Source of the DNA: Octopus bimaculoides
Lineage: Eukaryota
Assembly (NCBI RefSeq): GCF_001194135.2
Contig: NC_068992.1
Coordinates: 35,908,643 to 35,965,742, forward strand
DNA length: 57,100 nucleotides
Reading direction: 5' to 3'
Below the pieces are notes generated by a model. The model was not told the origin of the DNA and ran no database searches. It saw only the letters and a program-made list of their open reading frames with translations. A program made the position numbers and the translations under genes. Each line of letters starts with the position of its first letter. Position 1 is the first letter of the stretch. Of the stretch, positions 10,259 through 20,952 are shown in pieces.

Positions 10259-11735
10259 CAGGAGTTGGACAAAATAATGGAAACACCTAGCATCATAGCA
10301 TCATAATTTTAAAATAACTATAAAACTGCCAAAGCTTGTTTATTTTTATGTTTTTTGATTTATTATTAGTGTTGCTTAATATGTTTTGATAAAATTGCTG
10401 TTTCTTTTCAGAATCATCAGAAAAAGGTAATTAAAATTCATTAAAATGACAGATCTATTGGACTTTCAAAGAGGTCAAATTGCTGGTGCTCATATGGCAG
10501 GTGCTAGCATAATGAAAACAGCCTAAATGTTTGGTGTATCAAGAAGTACTGTCTCAAAAGTAATGACAGCTTTTGAGAAAGAGGGAAAACCCTCCTTGTC
10601 AAAACAAAACTCTGGAAGAAAACCAAAACTTTCNNNNNNNNNNNNNNNNNNNNNNNNNNNNNNNNNNNNNNNNNNNNNNNNNNNNNNNNNNNNNNNNNNN
10701 NNNNNNNNNNNNNNNNNNNNNNNNNNNNNNNNNNNNNNNNNNNNNNNNNNNNNNNNNNNNNNNNNNNNNNNNNNNNNNNNNNNNNNNNNNNNNNNNNNNN
10801 NNNNNNNNNNNNNNNNNNNNNNNNNNNNNNNNNNNNNNNNNNNNNNNNNNNNNNNNNNNNNNNNNNNNNNNNNNNNNNNNNNNNNNNNNNNNNNNNNNNN
10901 NNNNNNNNNNNNNNNNNNNNNNNNNNNNNNNNNNNNNNNNNNNNNNNNNNNNNNNNNNNNNNNNNNNNNNNNNNNNNNNNNNNNNNNNNNNNNNNNNNNN
11001 NNNNNNNNNNNNNNNNNNNNNNNNNNNNNNNNNNNNNNNNNNNNNNNNNNNNNNNNNNNNNNNNNNNNNNNNNNNNNNNNNNNNNNNNNNNNNNNNNNNN
11101 NNNNNNNNNNNNNNNNNNNNNNNNNNNNNNNNNNNNNNNNNNNNNNNNNNNNNNNNNNNNNNNNNNNNNNNNNNNNNNNNNNNNNNNNNNNNNNNNNNNN
11201 NNNNNNNNNNNNNNNNNNNNNNNNNNNNNNNNNNNNNNNNNNNNNNNNNNNNNNNNNNNNNNNNNNNNNNNNNNNNNNNNNNNNNNNNNNNNNNNNNNNN
11301 NNNNNNNNNNNNNNNNNNNNNNNNNNNNNTGGAAATCCACTGGCTCAATGGTTTCCCTTCATGGCAGAATTAATAGTTGAGACTATTTAAGCATTTTATC
11401 TGATCAAATTCATCCTATGGTTGTGGTACTGTTTCCGGAGGGAAACAATCTTTCAGGATGATAAAGTACCAATTCACACAGCTAAAGTTGTTACTGAATG
11501 GCACAAGGAACATTCTAATGAAGTTGAACATCTTATCTGGCCACCACAGTCCCCAGATTTCAATATTATTGAACATTTATGGTGCATTTTAGAAAAAGTA
11601 AGGAAACAATATCCTCCACCATCATCACCACAAGAACTGGAGACTGTTTTAGCTGAAGAATGGACAAAAGTTCCTTTGGAAACAATTCAAACTTTGTACG
11701 AGTCCATACCTCATAGAATTCAAGCTATAATTATA
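10259..11735 (+). mobile_element. Tc1/mariner-superfamily DNA transposon (DD36E spacing), defective, 3' TIR missing
   Basis: TA|CAGGAGTTGGACAAAATAATGGAAACACCT left end. HTH region MTDLLDFQRGQIAGAHMAGAS...FGVSRSTVSKV...SGRKPKL. After the gap, FQDDKVPIHT...WPPQSPDFNIIEHLW. Contains stops and frameshifts. Confidence 0.9.
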
Positions 11736-11779
11736 ATTATATATATATATAATAAGAATAGGAATTTAAAAATTCAAAT

Positions 11780-12170
11780 AGAGTTTACAGTAAGCTCCCT
11801 GCTACATTGGAGTTTCGCCCGTGTATTCACAAGATCATCAGGCAGGTTATAACTATATACATGAACTCCACTAGCCCCATATATGTTAGTGCATACCTGC
11901 ATGTTCACTGGAATGATACACTTCAAGTTAAATGGGTTCTCGATACTGTTCTGCTGCAGGCAAGACCATAACACTCCCACCACCAGTGACATAAAGAGAT
12001 CATTGAGTGTGTATTATATACATATAAAACTGCATCTGTGCATATATGGTGATATCTTTTCCAAATATGTCAACTAAATGATTGTTGAGAAGGAGCAAGA
12101 AAGCCAGTTCTTATGAATGCGAATACCCGGATACCCTGTATAGTATTTGTTCCACCCAAGTTGTACATAC
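11780..12170 (-). pseudogene. Degenerate WS/DGAT (wax ester synthase/diacylglycerol acyltransferase)-like coding relic
   Basis: TLNDLFMSLVVGVLWSCLQQNSIENPFNLKCIIPVNMQ aligns without gaps to the family motif [38 protein letters not shown] (recalled consensus). Two in-frame stops lie just upstream. Confidence 0.5.
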
Positions 12171-12427
12171 AACCCATTGTCATTGAAGCCAGTAGAAATG
12201 GAGTGAACCTAATAATTGGCTCATTATAAAAACCTGTAACTAACGAAGCTGTGCTTCACAAAATGCAATATGAAGATAACACCAACATTTAAAGATCGGA
12301 TTCTCTTGTAAATAAACTAGTGGAAGGTAATTCTGAGAAGCAGTTTCAAATCCTAGTTGAAACCATGAATCTAACAACTTTGGATACCTCAGGCCTATGT
12401 GAGAAAACTTTGGCAAAGTCCTCATTG

Positions 12428-12688
12428 CCCTTACCTTCATGGTTAGCCCACATTATTCCAAAAGGAGCATAAGGCTGGTTTCCTGGTTTCTCTGGCGCAT
12501 ATGTTCCACCCTGGCCGAGATGCCAGTCCATTGCAGGATTACTCATTTTTGACAGTGGAGTGAACAGAAGCAATGTGAAACTGAAGTGTTTTGCTCAAGA
12601 ACACAATGCATCACCCTGTCCAGGAATTGAAACCACAACCTTATGATCATGAGCCCAGCACCCTAACCACTGAGCCATGTGCTTCCAC
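12428..12688 (-). mobile_element. tRNA-derived CORE/V-like SINE (family D)
   Basis: Head gtggaagcacatggctcagtggttaggg...gtttcaattcctgg, CORE-like gttcttgagcaaaacacttc, then cctgcaatggactggcatc... Confidence 0.75.
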
Positions 12689-12726
12689 CTTCATGGATTG
12701 GAAGAATTGTTAGAGAACTAGAAGCA

Positions 12727-12850
12727 ATGGACATGCAGTATTTATTCCAACTTTTTATGTTTTGAGTTCAAATCCTGCCAAGGTCAATTTTGCCTTATAT
12801 CCTTCTGAGGTAGATAAAATAAAGTGGTAGTCAAACACTGGGTTCAACAG
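12727..12850 (+). mobile_element. SINE family A, truncated
   Basis: gagttcaaatcctgccaaggtcaattttgcc...gataaaataaag...gtcaaacactggg. Confidence 0.6.
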
Positions 12851-12859
12851 CAGCCCTTA

Positions 12860-13140
12860 ACATCATCATCATCATTATTATTATCATCATTGTCATGATC
12901 ATCTGTCATCATCATCATCCTCACCATCATCTGTCATCATCATCATTGTTGCCGTCATCACCATCATCATCATTGTCACAATCATGTCATTGTCATCATC
13001 ATCATCACCTTTGTCATTGCTGCCATCATCATCAGTGTTGTTGTCATCATCATCATCATTACCATTGCCTCTCTCCCACCATTGCTGTCGTCATCACCAT
13101 CAGCAGCAGCACCACCACCACACCCATCATTACCACCATA
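12860..13140. repeat. Degenerate (CAT)n/(CAC)n microsatellite
   Basis: Direct inspection. Source of the His/Ser-rich pseudo-ORFs. Confidence 0.9.
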
Positions 13141-13519
13141 GTCAAGAGGTAATGCCTAAAGCCGATAAAGTAACTGTAACTAATCGTAACTTGATCTCAT
13201 TTATGTGATGTGTTCAAATATCAATATGATATACATTTGAAAGACAAAATAGAGATAAAAGGGGATGAGTTTGAGAAATTCCTCATCAAAACTCCCCAAA
13301 GCAAATTACTAAAGATAACCTTGTCCATAGAAGAACACTTCTTTAAAAATTCCAGTCCAATGTAGGGATTTTCAAGAATATAATCATAAGAGACTATTCA
13401 GAGTGACCATTGGAAAAACATTCGCCTAAAGAGAAAATTGAATTATCTGGAGACCAAGTCGAGTGACCTGTCACCTGTGTTTCTTTTAACATGACCATAT
13501 TCAGGATCATGTTTATAAA

Positions 13520-14250
13520 TGTAAATGGTTGAGGGTCAGTTTGAAAGCAAGATCATTTGCTCAATGACCTCAGTCGCTAAACTGATCATTCTCTGTCACA
13601 TTCTCCTGTTGGTGTTGGTACCATTTTCTGTCTACTTCAAACTCAGACATATTTTTCAGTGTAATACCTTGGCTATACAATTGTATCTACATCTATATAC
13701 TTTCTGCGCCAAAAGACTACAAGAACTCATTTGCATACAGTCTCATCTTCTTAAGCAATTTATATGTTTCTGTCTGTTCTTACCTTAATGACATTCATTT
13801 GTAATGACTGGCTCTCAGCAGCCATGTGGAGTGTTCTTTCTTTCTTGAGTACTCTGTTCTTCAACCATAACCAAGACTCATCTGTTGCAAATACTGTATT
13901 TCTCTGCGATATGGACTCTGCAGCTCTTTTCCCTTGACATTTCCTTCTCCATCTTGTTTTCTTCTTTTCTTATTTTCTTTCATGGACTCCATACCTTTTT
14001 ATTCCTCTCTTCTTGCAGCTGAAATAAGACTTGTTTTACTATTTCTCACACACTTTTGTATATTACATTTTTCTATTTCCACATAATCTTTTATTGATAT
14101 CAGCCCTTTCGTTCCTTACTCCTGTGGTAAGTTTAACCTATCAGTACTGTCTCTTGGATATATAACATCCTATACATGATCATTGTCTTTCTGGTTTTAC
14201 AATCTGTGTCTCTTAGTCCTTCTGTAATCCAGTTAAAGAAAGTAGTAGAA
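13520..14250 (-). mobile_element. Degenerate R4/Dong-clade non-LTR retrotransposon fragment (post-RT region)
   Basis: NWITEGLRDTDCKTRKTMIMYRML/YPRDSTDRLNLPQE*GTKGLISIKDYVEIEK...ESWLWLKNRVLKKERTLHMAAESQSLQMNVIK matches the family pattern DRKTRK..T....HP..DVDRLYLPRKEGGRGL and SWLWL..G.LKKETE..I.AAQ. Confidence 0.75.
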
Positions 14251-14875
14251 TATCATGTTCAGATGGAGTTTGAATGGTTTTTCTTGTGCTGATAACCAGA
14301 AGACTCTGCTCTATTGAGGGAGCGAAGACTAGATTGATGACACCAGTAGTGCACAGTTGAAGACCCAGTTGATACAATGTAGGATAGAAGACCCAGTAAA
14401 ATCCAATTCAGGAGAAAAGCAAGAGGAATAGACAAAAGACAACATCAGACAGCAGCAGCAATGGCAGACATAACAACACTAGCGGGCCCAAGACTTGAAG
14501 ACTATGATTATTACAAGTACTCTACCTAGAATACCACTGGTTGCAACTTTGGAATTAGAATGGAAGTAAACAAAAATTCCCTCTCCATCCATTCCACCAA
14601 CCCAAAGGGTTGCACTGAGGAACCAAAGGAGAAAGTGTTGTTGATGATGGGAAAAATGGTGTTAGAATTTCGAAGAACTGCTGATGGCGTCAGTGGCAGC
14701 GATGGTAGTGGGCGGGCAGTGATGTTAAAGAAAGCATTCTGAGTAGTAGGTGATTGGAATTGAAGAGTATACTAAACCTACTCAGACAGAGGCTTTCATC
14801 CCTGTGTGTGTAGATCGGCCAGATTTGTTTAGAGAACTAAATGTGTTAACATATCCAAATATATTGCTTTACATA

Positions 14876-15085
14876 AGGCAGTGAAGTAGCAGAATCATTA
14901 CCACGCCATACAAAATGCTTTATGTTTGTGAGTTCAAACTCCACCGAGGTTGACTTTGCCTTTCAGGGTTGATAAAATAAGCACCAGTCGGTATAATCAA
15001 CTGACCCCACTGGGGCTGATATAATCAATTTACCCCTCCCCTACAATTGTTGGCCTTGTACCAAAATTTGAAACCAATATATTAC
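14876..15085 (+). mobile_element. SINE family A, full-length but diverged
   Basis: aaggcagtgaagtagcagaatcatt...gagttcaaactccaccgaggttgactttgcc...ggccttgtaccaaaatttgaaaccaatat. Confidence 0.75.
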
Positions 15086-15269
15086 ATTACATGCTGCCTC
15101 TGCCTTATTACACCTATGCACATCATCAAATTTATTGTTGTGTCTGTTTATATGGCACATTTTCTATTTTTTTTAATGTGCCCAGGAAATGAAGATCATC
15201 ATCATTGTCATCATTACCATCATCATTGTCATCATCATTTGATTGGTAAAATTGTTACAACATTGAAAA

Positions 15270-15450
15270 AAACATCTTTTGGTATTTCTTCTGGCTCTTT
15301 GCATTCTGAGTTAAAATCTTCTCAAGGTCAACTTTGTCTCTCATCTTTTCGAGGTCAATAAAATAAGGTACCAGTCAAATACTATTGTTGATCTAATCAG
15401 CTAATCCTTTCCCCCATAATTGCTAGATCTGTAACTAAACTAGAAACTAT
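15270..15450 (+). mobile_element. SINE family A, diverged and 5'-truncated
   Basis: ctgagttaaaatc...aggtcaactttg...cttttcgaggtcaataaaataaggtaccagtcaaatact. Confidence 0.55.
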
Positions 15451-15943
15451 TATAATCAATATTAATAGTTTGCAAAAATTTGTAAACCTGTGCCTCGTTA
15501 TTCGTCATCAAAGACTTGGTCAGTAGATTCTTTTCTACCATCTCATTGACCATGTCTGTAAATTCCACTCTGAACCTTCTATAACTAAATATAGGACTCA
15601 TTGGCTAAAAACAGATAAAATAGTGGTAGTGCTGGTGGTGGTGGTGGTGGTGGTAAAGGGAAGGAATTGATGTGGCAGTTGGCGTGTTATGTAGAACTAG
15701 TATAGTGGTGTTGCTGATGATGAGAGAAATGGTGTTAGAATTATGAAGAACTGCTGGTGGCGTCAGTGGTGGTGGTGGTGGGGGAAGCGGCATCGGCGGC
15801 GGTGGTGGTGGTGGTGGTGGAAAGATATGAAGCACTAAGTATACTAAACTAACTGACTAAAACTAAAGTTGTAACTGCAAGGCAGAGAGAAAAAGGATGC
15901 CTGTAACAGCATAAGAGGAGGCTCATAAGTAACTGACACTTGC

Positions 15944-15963
15944 TTACGTCATTGCTGACGTCA
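15944..15963. promoter_or_regulatory. Paired ATF/CREB-type motifs TTACGTCA and TGACGTCA
   Basis: Sequence motifs only; no linked gene identified. Confidence 0.2.
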
Positions 15964-15997
15964 AACAATCTGATGAAGAAAGAAGGCAAGAAAGAAA

Positions 15998-16026
15998 GGT
16001 GGTGGTGGTGGTGGTGGTGGTGGTGT

Positions 16027-16095
<69 letters not shown>
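15998..16095. repeat. (GGT)n(AGT)n microsatellite
   Basis: Direct inspection. Confidence 0.95.
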
Positions 16096-16096
<1 letters not shown>

Positions 16097-16477
16097 TATC
16101 ACCAGCATCAACTTCATCATCATCCACTCCACCATCATTATTATTAGATGAAAAAATAAACCTTAGTAGGCGAACGAAAAAGAAAAAATGTCGGTGTAGG
16201 GATGTTGGTAGAGAAGATGCAAGTGTGGGCATGACGTGAAGCAGTGGTGTAGGCGAAGCGGTGTGGTGGTGGGTGGTGAAAGCTATTACATAAGGCTGCA
16301 GTGTGAGAAAATGAGAGGGAAAATATATAGGACTGACTCGTTCCACTATAAGTAAATTTGATACAAAGTGTGGCGTACTTAATGGGCGTCTCTCCACTCC
16401 CCGTTTTTATCCTTTACTATAGACACTAAGGCTAAGAAAGAGAGAGAGAGATCAGGTACAACACCGTTAGAATAGGG

Positions 16478-16766
16478 CAGTGGTTCTCAGCTAATTTTTC
16501 CCTATGGACACCTTTGATTCATCTTTTACACTACAGGACTTCATAACCATTCAATGTGTATATATAAAAAAAATATCTTACTGTATTTTTATAATTAAAT
16601 ATTATTAGAAATTGTATTAAAAACATTAAGGAACTGTAGAAAAAATTGTAAAAATATTTTGTGTATTGAAGTATAAGCAATTTATTGCCCATAAACTTTA
16701 ACAACATAGCAACAAAATCTCACGTGGACACCCAAAGGCCATATGGACCCCAGTTGAGAACCACTG
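16478..16766. mobile_element. hAT-type MITE (289 bp)
   Basis: TIRs CAGTGGTTCTCAGCT / AGTTGAGAACCACTG; degenerate 8-bp TSD gaataggg / aattaggg; sub-terminal ccatatggacccc-type motifs. Confidence 0.8.
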
Positions 16767-17302
16767 AATTAGGGTTCATAAACTACCTCTATCTCTATAA
16801 TGGAAATGGCTAAGAACACTGAATAACATTATCAGTGGCAGTACTATGTATGATTGACAAGTGGTTTGGAAATATGCAGCTCTGAGTTCGTATCCTGTTA
16901 TGAGACATCCTGTAATTGGTTTCAGAGTAGAGCCAATTAAATGTCTCAGATTTCCTTTCTATTAAAGCCGGATAACTTAAGGCTGTTCAAACACAGGGCT
17001 GAATATTTAGGGTCTGGTCTGTTTGCAAATATTACCATTATGTAACTACTATTCTTTGGATTATATTTAAAAGCTATGAACATTGAGCACATCATACACG
17101 CATGCATCCACATGTGTGTGCACGCACATGAATGTGCGATGTCATATATAACCATTTATATGCACGTGTCTGCAACTGTGTGATTAAATGCAAGCTCTAA
17201 TTCACATTCCTTGAGGATCGTTGGTATCCACATGGAATATCTGAATGAAACCTTGATACAGATTTAATATAAAATATACCATATATAAAATATACACATA
17301 TA

Positions 17303-17464
17303 GGCGCAGGAGTGGCTGTGTGGTAAGTAGCTTGCTTACCAACCACATAGTTGTGGGTTCAGTCCCACTGTGTGGCACCTTGGACAAGTGTCTTCTACTA
17401 TAGCCTCGGGCCGACCAAAGCCTTGTGAGTGGATTTGGTAGACGGAAACTGAAAGAAGCCTGTC

Positions 17465-17542
<78 letters not shown>

Positions 17543-17761
17543 ATATGTTTGTGTGTCTGTTTGTTCCTCCAACATTGCTTGACAACCGATGGCGGTGTGT
17601 TTACGTCCCCGTAACTTAGAGGTTCGGCAAAAGAGACTGATAGAATAAGTACTAGGCATCCAAAGAATAAGTCCTGGGGTCGATTTGCTCGACTAAAGGC
17701 AGTGCTCCAGCATGGTTACAGTCAAATGACTGAAACAAGTAAAAGAGTAAAAGAGTAAAAG
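17303..17761 (+). mobile_element. SINE family B, full length
   Basis: tRNA-like head (tggctgtgtggtaag A box, gggttcagtccc B box), CORE-like domain, (TA)n, tail gtaaaagagtaaaagagtaaaag; flanking direct repeat acatata (17296-17302 / 17762-17768). Confidence 0.9.
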
Positions 17762-18312
17762 ACATATAACGGAGTTTACACCTTTGAGTATAAACGTGCT
17801 ATGAACATTCTAAATGGTGAAGCATATGAGCCACAACATATGCTCTCTCTTTCTTTCCCTTCCTCCCCCACCCACTCTCTCTTTTTATCTCCCTTTCTCT
17901 CTCTCACTTTCTCTTTCCTGCGCACAAGCTGTATATCTATAGGTTTAGTTTTGTCTATAAACAGTTGAAAGAGCCACATCACTTTGGGTATGCATTCTCA
18001 CACTGAGTGAAATAACAAAGGATTTATTTAACCAATCAACTGAGGAGGTGCATTTTTATACCGTGGCTGCAGGATAATGACTACACAACATCTAGCCAAT
18101 GTACTTCGGGTGAAAAATGTATCGAAACAATTGTAGTGGTTTTAAGTAAAGAATGTCGTTTATTCCATTTTCCATCATATATGTATGTTGTATGTATGTG
18201 TGTGTGTATATATATATATACATAACTTTACAAATACAAAGGCTTAAAATTATTAAATAATTTTTTACCAGTGGCCAGCATGGGTAATAAGAGTTAGAAG
18301 TAATAATAAGAG

Positions 18313-18440
18313 TTTTTAAATGCAATAGTGTATGAAACATACACAGAGAGAAAACTACCATGTGGATTTTTTTAGCATGTAAGAAATCCATGTGGTAGTT
18401 TTCTCTCCATGTATGTTTCATACACTATTATATTTAAAAA
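18313..18440. repeat. 128-nt near-perfect hairpin (palindromic MITE-like or pre-miRNA-like)
   Basis: About 59-nt arms (tttttaaatgcaatagtgtatgaaacatac... / ...gtatgtttcatacactattatatttaaaaa) with a ~10-nt loop. Confidence 0.85.
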
Positions 18441-18459
18441 ATATATATATATGCATATA

Positions 18460-18610
18460 TGTGAAAAAGAGATGACACCGGAAAAACGATGGTTATGTTA
18501 TGAGCTTCATTTGCTTACAGTTGTTTCTGCCATAAGATGCTGTAGTTGACTTGTAGTTGAGTGCCTGAATGACATTTATAACTTCATCAGAGCCTCGAAT
18601 AGAAAGAATT
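18460..18610 (-). mobile_element. Penelope-like pLTR fragment carrying a type I hammerhead-ribozyme-like motif (18512-18594)
   Basis: Minus strand ggct-CTGATGA-a[gttataaatg...catcttatggc]a-GAAAC-aact-GTA-agc. Confidence 0.55.
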
Positions 18611-18739
18611 GTATTTTTGCAATGTACAGGGAAGGCACTGTGTGTGTGTGTGTGTGTGTGTGTTAGTGTGAGTACGCATGTATGTGTCTCTATGTTCTGT
18701 GCGCATGGCTGTGCGTTTTCCTGAATGCATGTGCATGTG

Positions 18740-18773
<34 letters not shown>

Positions 18774-18827
18774 TTTTTCTATTTTCTCTACTTTTTCTAC
18801 TAATAAATCTAATTGCCTTTTGGACAT

Positions 18828-18885
18828 AGGTGCAGGAGTGGCTCTGTGGTAAGTAGCTTGCTTACCAACCACATGGTTCCGGATT
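18828..18885 (+). mobile_element. SINE family B head, running into a gap
   Basis: aggtgcaggagtggctctgtggtaagtagcttgcttaccaaccacatggttccgg. Confidence 0.8.
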
Positions 18886-19298
18886 NNNNNNNNNNNNNNN
18901 NNNNNNNNNNNNNNNNNNNNNNNNNNNNNNNNNNNNNNNNNNNNNNNNNNNNNNNNNNNNNNNNNNNNNNNNNNNNNNNNNNNNNNNNNNNNNNNNNNNN
19001 NNNNNNNNNNNNNNNNNNNNNNNNNNNNNNNNNNNNNNNNNNNNNNNNNNNNNNNNNNNNNNNNNNNNNNNNNNNNNNNNNNNNNNNNNNNNNNNNNNNN
19101 NNNNNNNNNNNNNNNNNNNNNNNNNNNNNNNNNNNNNNNNNNNNNNNNNNNNNNNNNNNNNNNNNNNNNNNNNNNNNNNNNNNNNNNNNNNNNNNNNNNN
19201 NNNNNNNNNNNNNNNNNNNNNNNNNNNNNNNNNNNNNNNNNNNNNNNNNNNNNNNNNNNNNNNNNNNNNNNNNNNNNNNNNNNNNNNNNNNNNNNNNN

Positions 19299-19520
19299 TG
19301 TAGACAACAAACAGATGTATTAGTTTAACGCTCGGGAAGTAAAAAAAGTCTTTAACATTTCGAGCCTACGCTCTTCCACAGAAGGGAGCACAGAAAGTAA
19401 CAAGGAGAGAAAATAAAGATTGTATAGTGGCTAGCGATCTATCGTGGCGAATGCCGGACAGAGGGGTCACACAGGAGAGCTAGGAAGAAGGGGAGATAAT
19501 AAAGTAGTGGTGATCCCAAA
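19299..19520 (-). mobile_element. Penelope-like terminal repeat fragment
   Basis: Minus strand ctgtggaagagcgtaggctcgaaatgttaaagac, a hammerhead-like core with stem gagc/gctc of the kind found in PLE pLTRs. Confidence 0.45.
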
Positions 19521-20674
19521 ACGAAGGTGCGCGTGCGTGTGTATAAGAGAGCCTGTATGTGCATGTGGAAGAGGGCTGGTGACCTTGACGTGTGTGTGTG
19601 TGTGTGTAGGTGTCTGGATATGAGGCTGGGAAGGGTCAGTGCGTGGTGGTGTGATGTGATGGAATGTTATGTGGTGTTGTGTGGTATGGTGGTGTATGGT
19701 GTAGTGGTGTGTAGTGTGATNNNNNNNNNNNNNNNNNNNNNNNNNNNNNNNNNNNNNNNNNNNNNNNNNNNNNNNNNNNNNNNNNNNNNNNNNNNNNNNN
19801 NNNNNNNNNNNNNNNNNNNNNNNNNNNNNNNNNNNNNNNNNNNNNNNNNNNNNNNNNNNNNNNNNNNNNNNNNNNNNNNNNNNNNNNNNNNNNNNNNNNN
19901 NNNNNNNNNNNNNNNNNNNNNNNNNNNNNNNNNNNNNNNNNNNNNNNNNNNNNNNNNNNNNNNNNNNNNNNNNNNNNNNNNNNNNNNNNNNNNNNNNNNN
20001 NNNNNNNNNNNNNNNNNNNNNNNNNNNNNNNNNNNNNNNNNNNNNNNNNNNNNNNNNNNNNNNNNNNNNNNNNNNNNNNNNNNNNNNNNNNNNNNNNNNN
20101 NNNNNNNNNNNNNNNNNNNNNNNNNNNNNNNNNNNNNNNNNNNNNNNNNNNNNNNNNNNNNNNNNNNNNNNNNNNNNNNNNNNNNNNNNNNNNNNNNNNN
20201 NNNNNNNNNNNNNNNNNNNNNNNNNNNNNNNNNNNNNNNNNNNNNNNNNNNNNNNNNNNNNNNNNNNNNNNNNNNNNNNNNNNNNNNNNNNNNNNNNNNN
20301 NNNNNNNNNNNNNNNNNNNNNNNNNNNNNNNNNNNNNNNNNNNNNNNNNNNNNNNNNNNNNNNNNNNNNNNNNNNNNNNNNNNNNNNNNNNNNNNNNNNN
20401 NNNNNNNNNNNNNNNNNNNNNNNNNNNNNNNNNNNNNNNNNNNNNNNNNNNNNNNNNNNNNNNNNNNNNNNNNNNNNNNNNNNNNNNNNNNNNNNNNNNN
20501 NNNNNNNNNNNNNNNNNNNNNNNNNNNNNNNNNNNNNNNNNNNNNNNNNNNNNNNNNNNNNNNNNNNNNNNNNNNNNNNNNNNNNNNNNNNNNNNNNNNN
20601 NNNNNNNNNNNNNNNNNNNNNNNNNNNNNNNNNNNNNNNNNNNNNNNNNNNNNNNNNNNNNNNNNNNNNNNNNN

Positions 20675-20752
<78 letters not shown>
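20675..20752. repeat. (ATT)n microsatellite
   Basis: Direct inspection. Confidence 0.95.
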
Positions 20753-20952
20753 GTTGTGTAGTGCGTAGAAAAATACGAAGATTATGATTCTGAAAGAAAA
20801 AAAACTGTTTGTACAATTTCAAGTTTTCAAAAAATATGTATATATATTACACCAACCCCCTCCCTCCCGATTTTACGGCCTTGACCTTCAAGCAGGCTAT
20901 CCACATGCTAGAAATAGCAGCCAAATCTCACAAAGCTGTGATAACACAATGA

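Noticed and set aside
15605-15835. Proline-rich ORF suggesting a formin/WASP-like exon
   Set aside because: The prolines come from a (GGT)n expansion, and differences from the paralogous segment are all non-synonymous.
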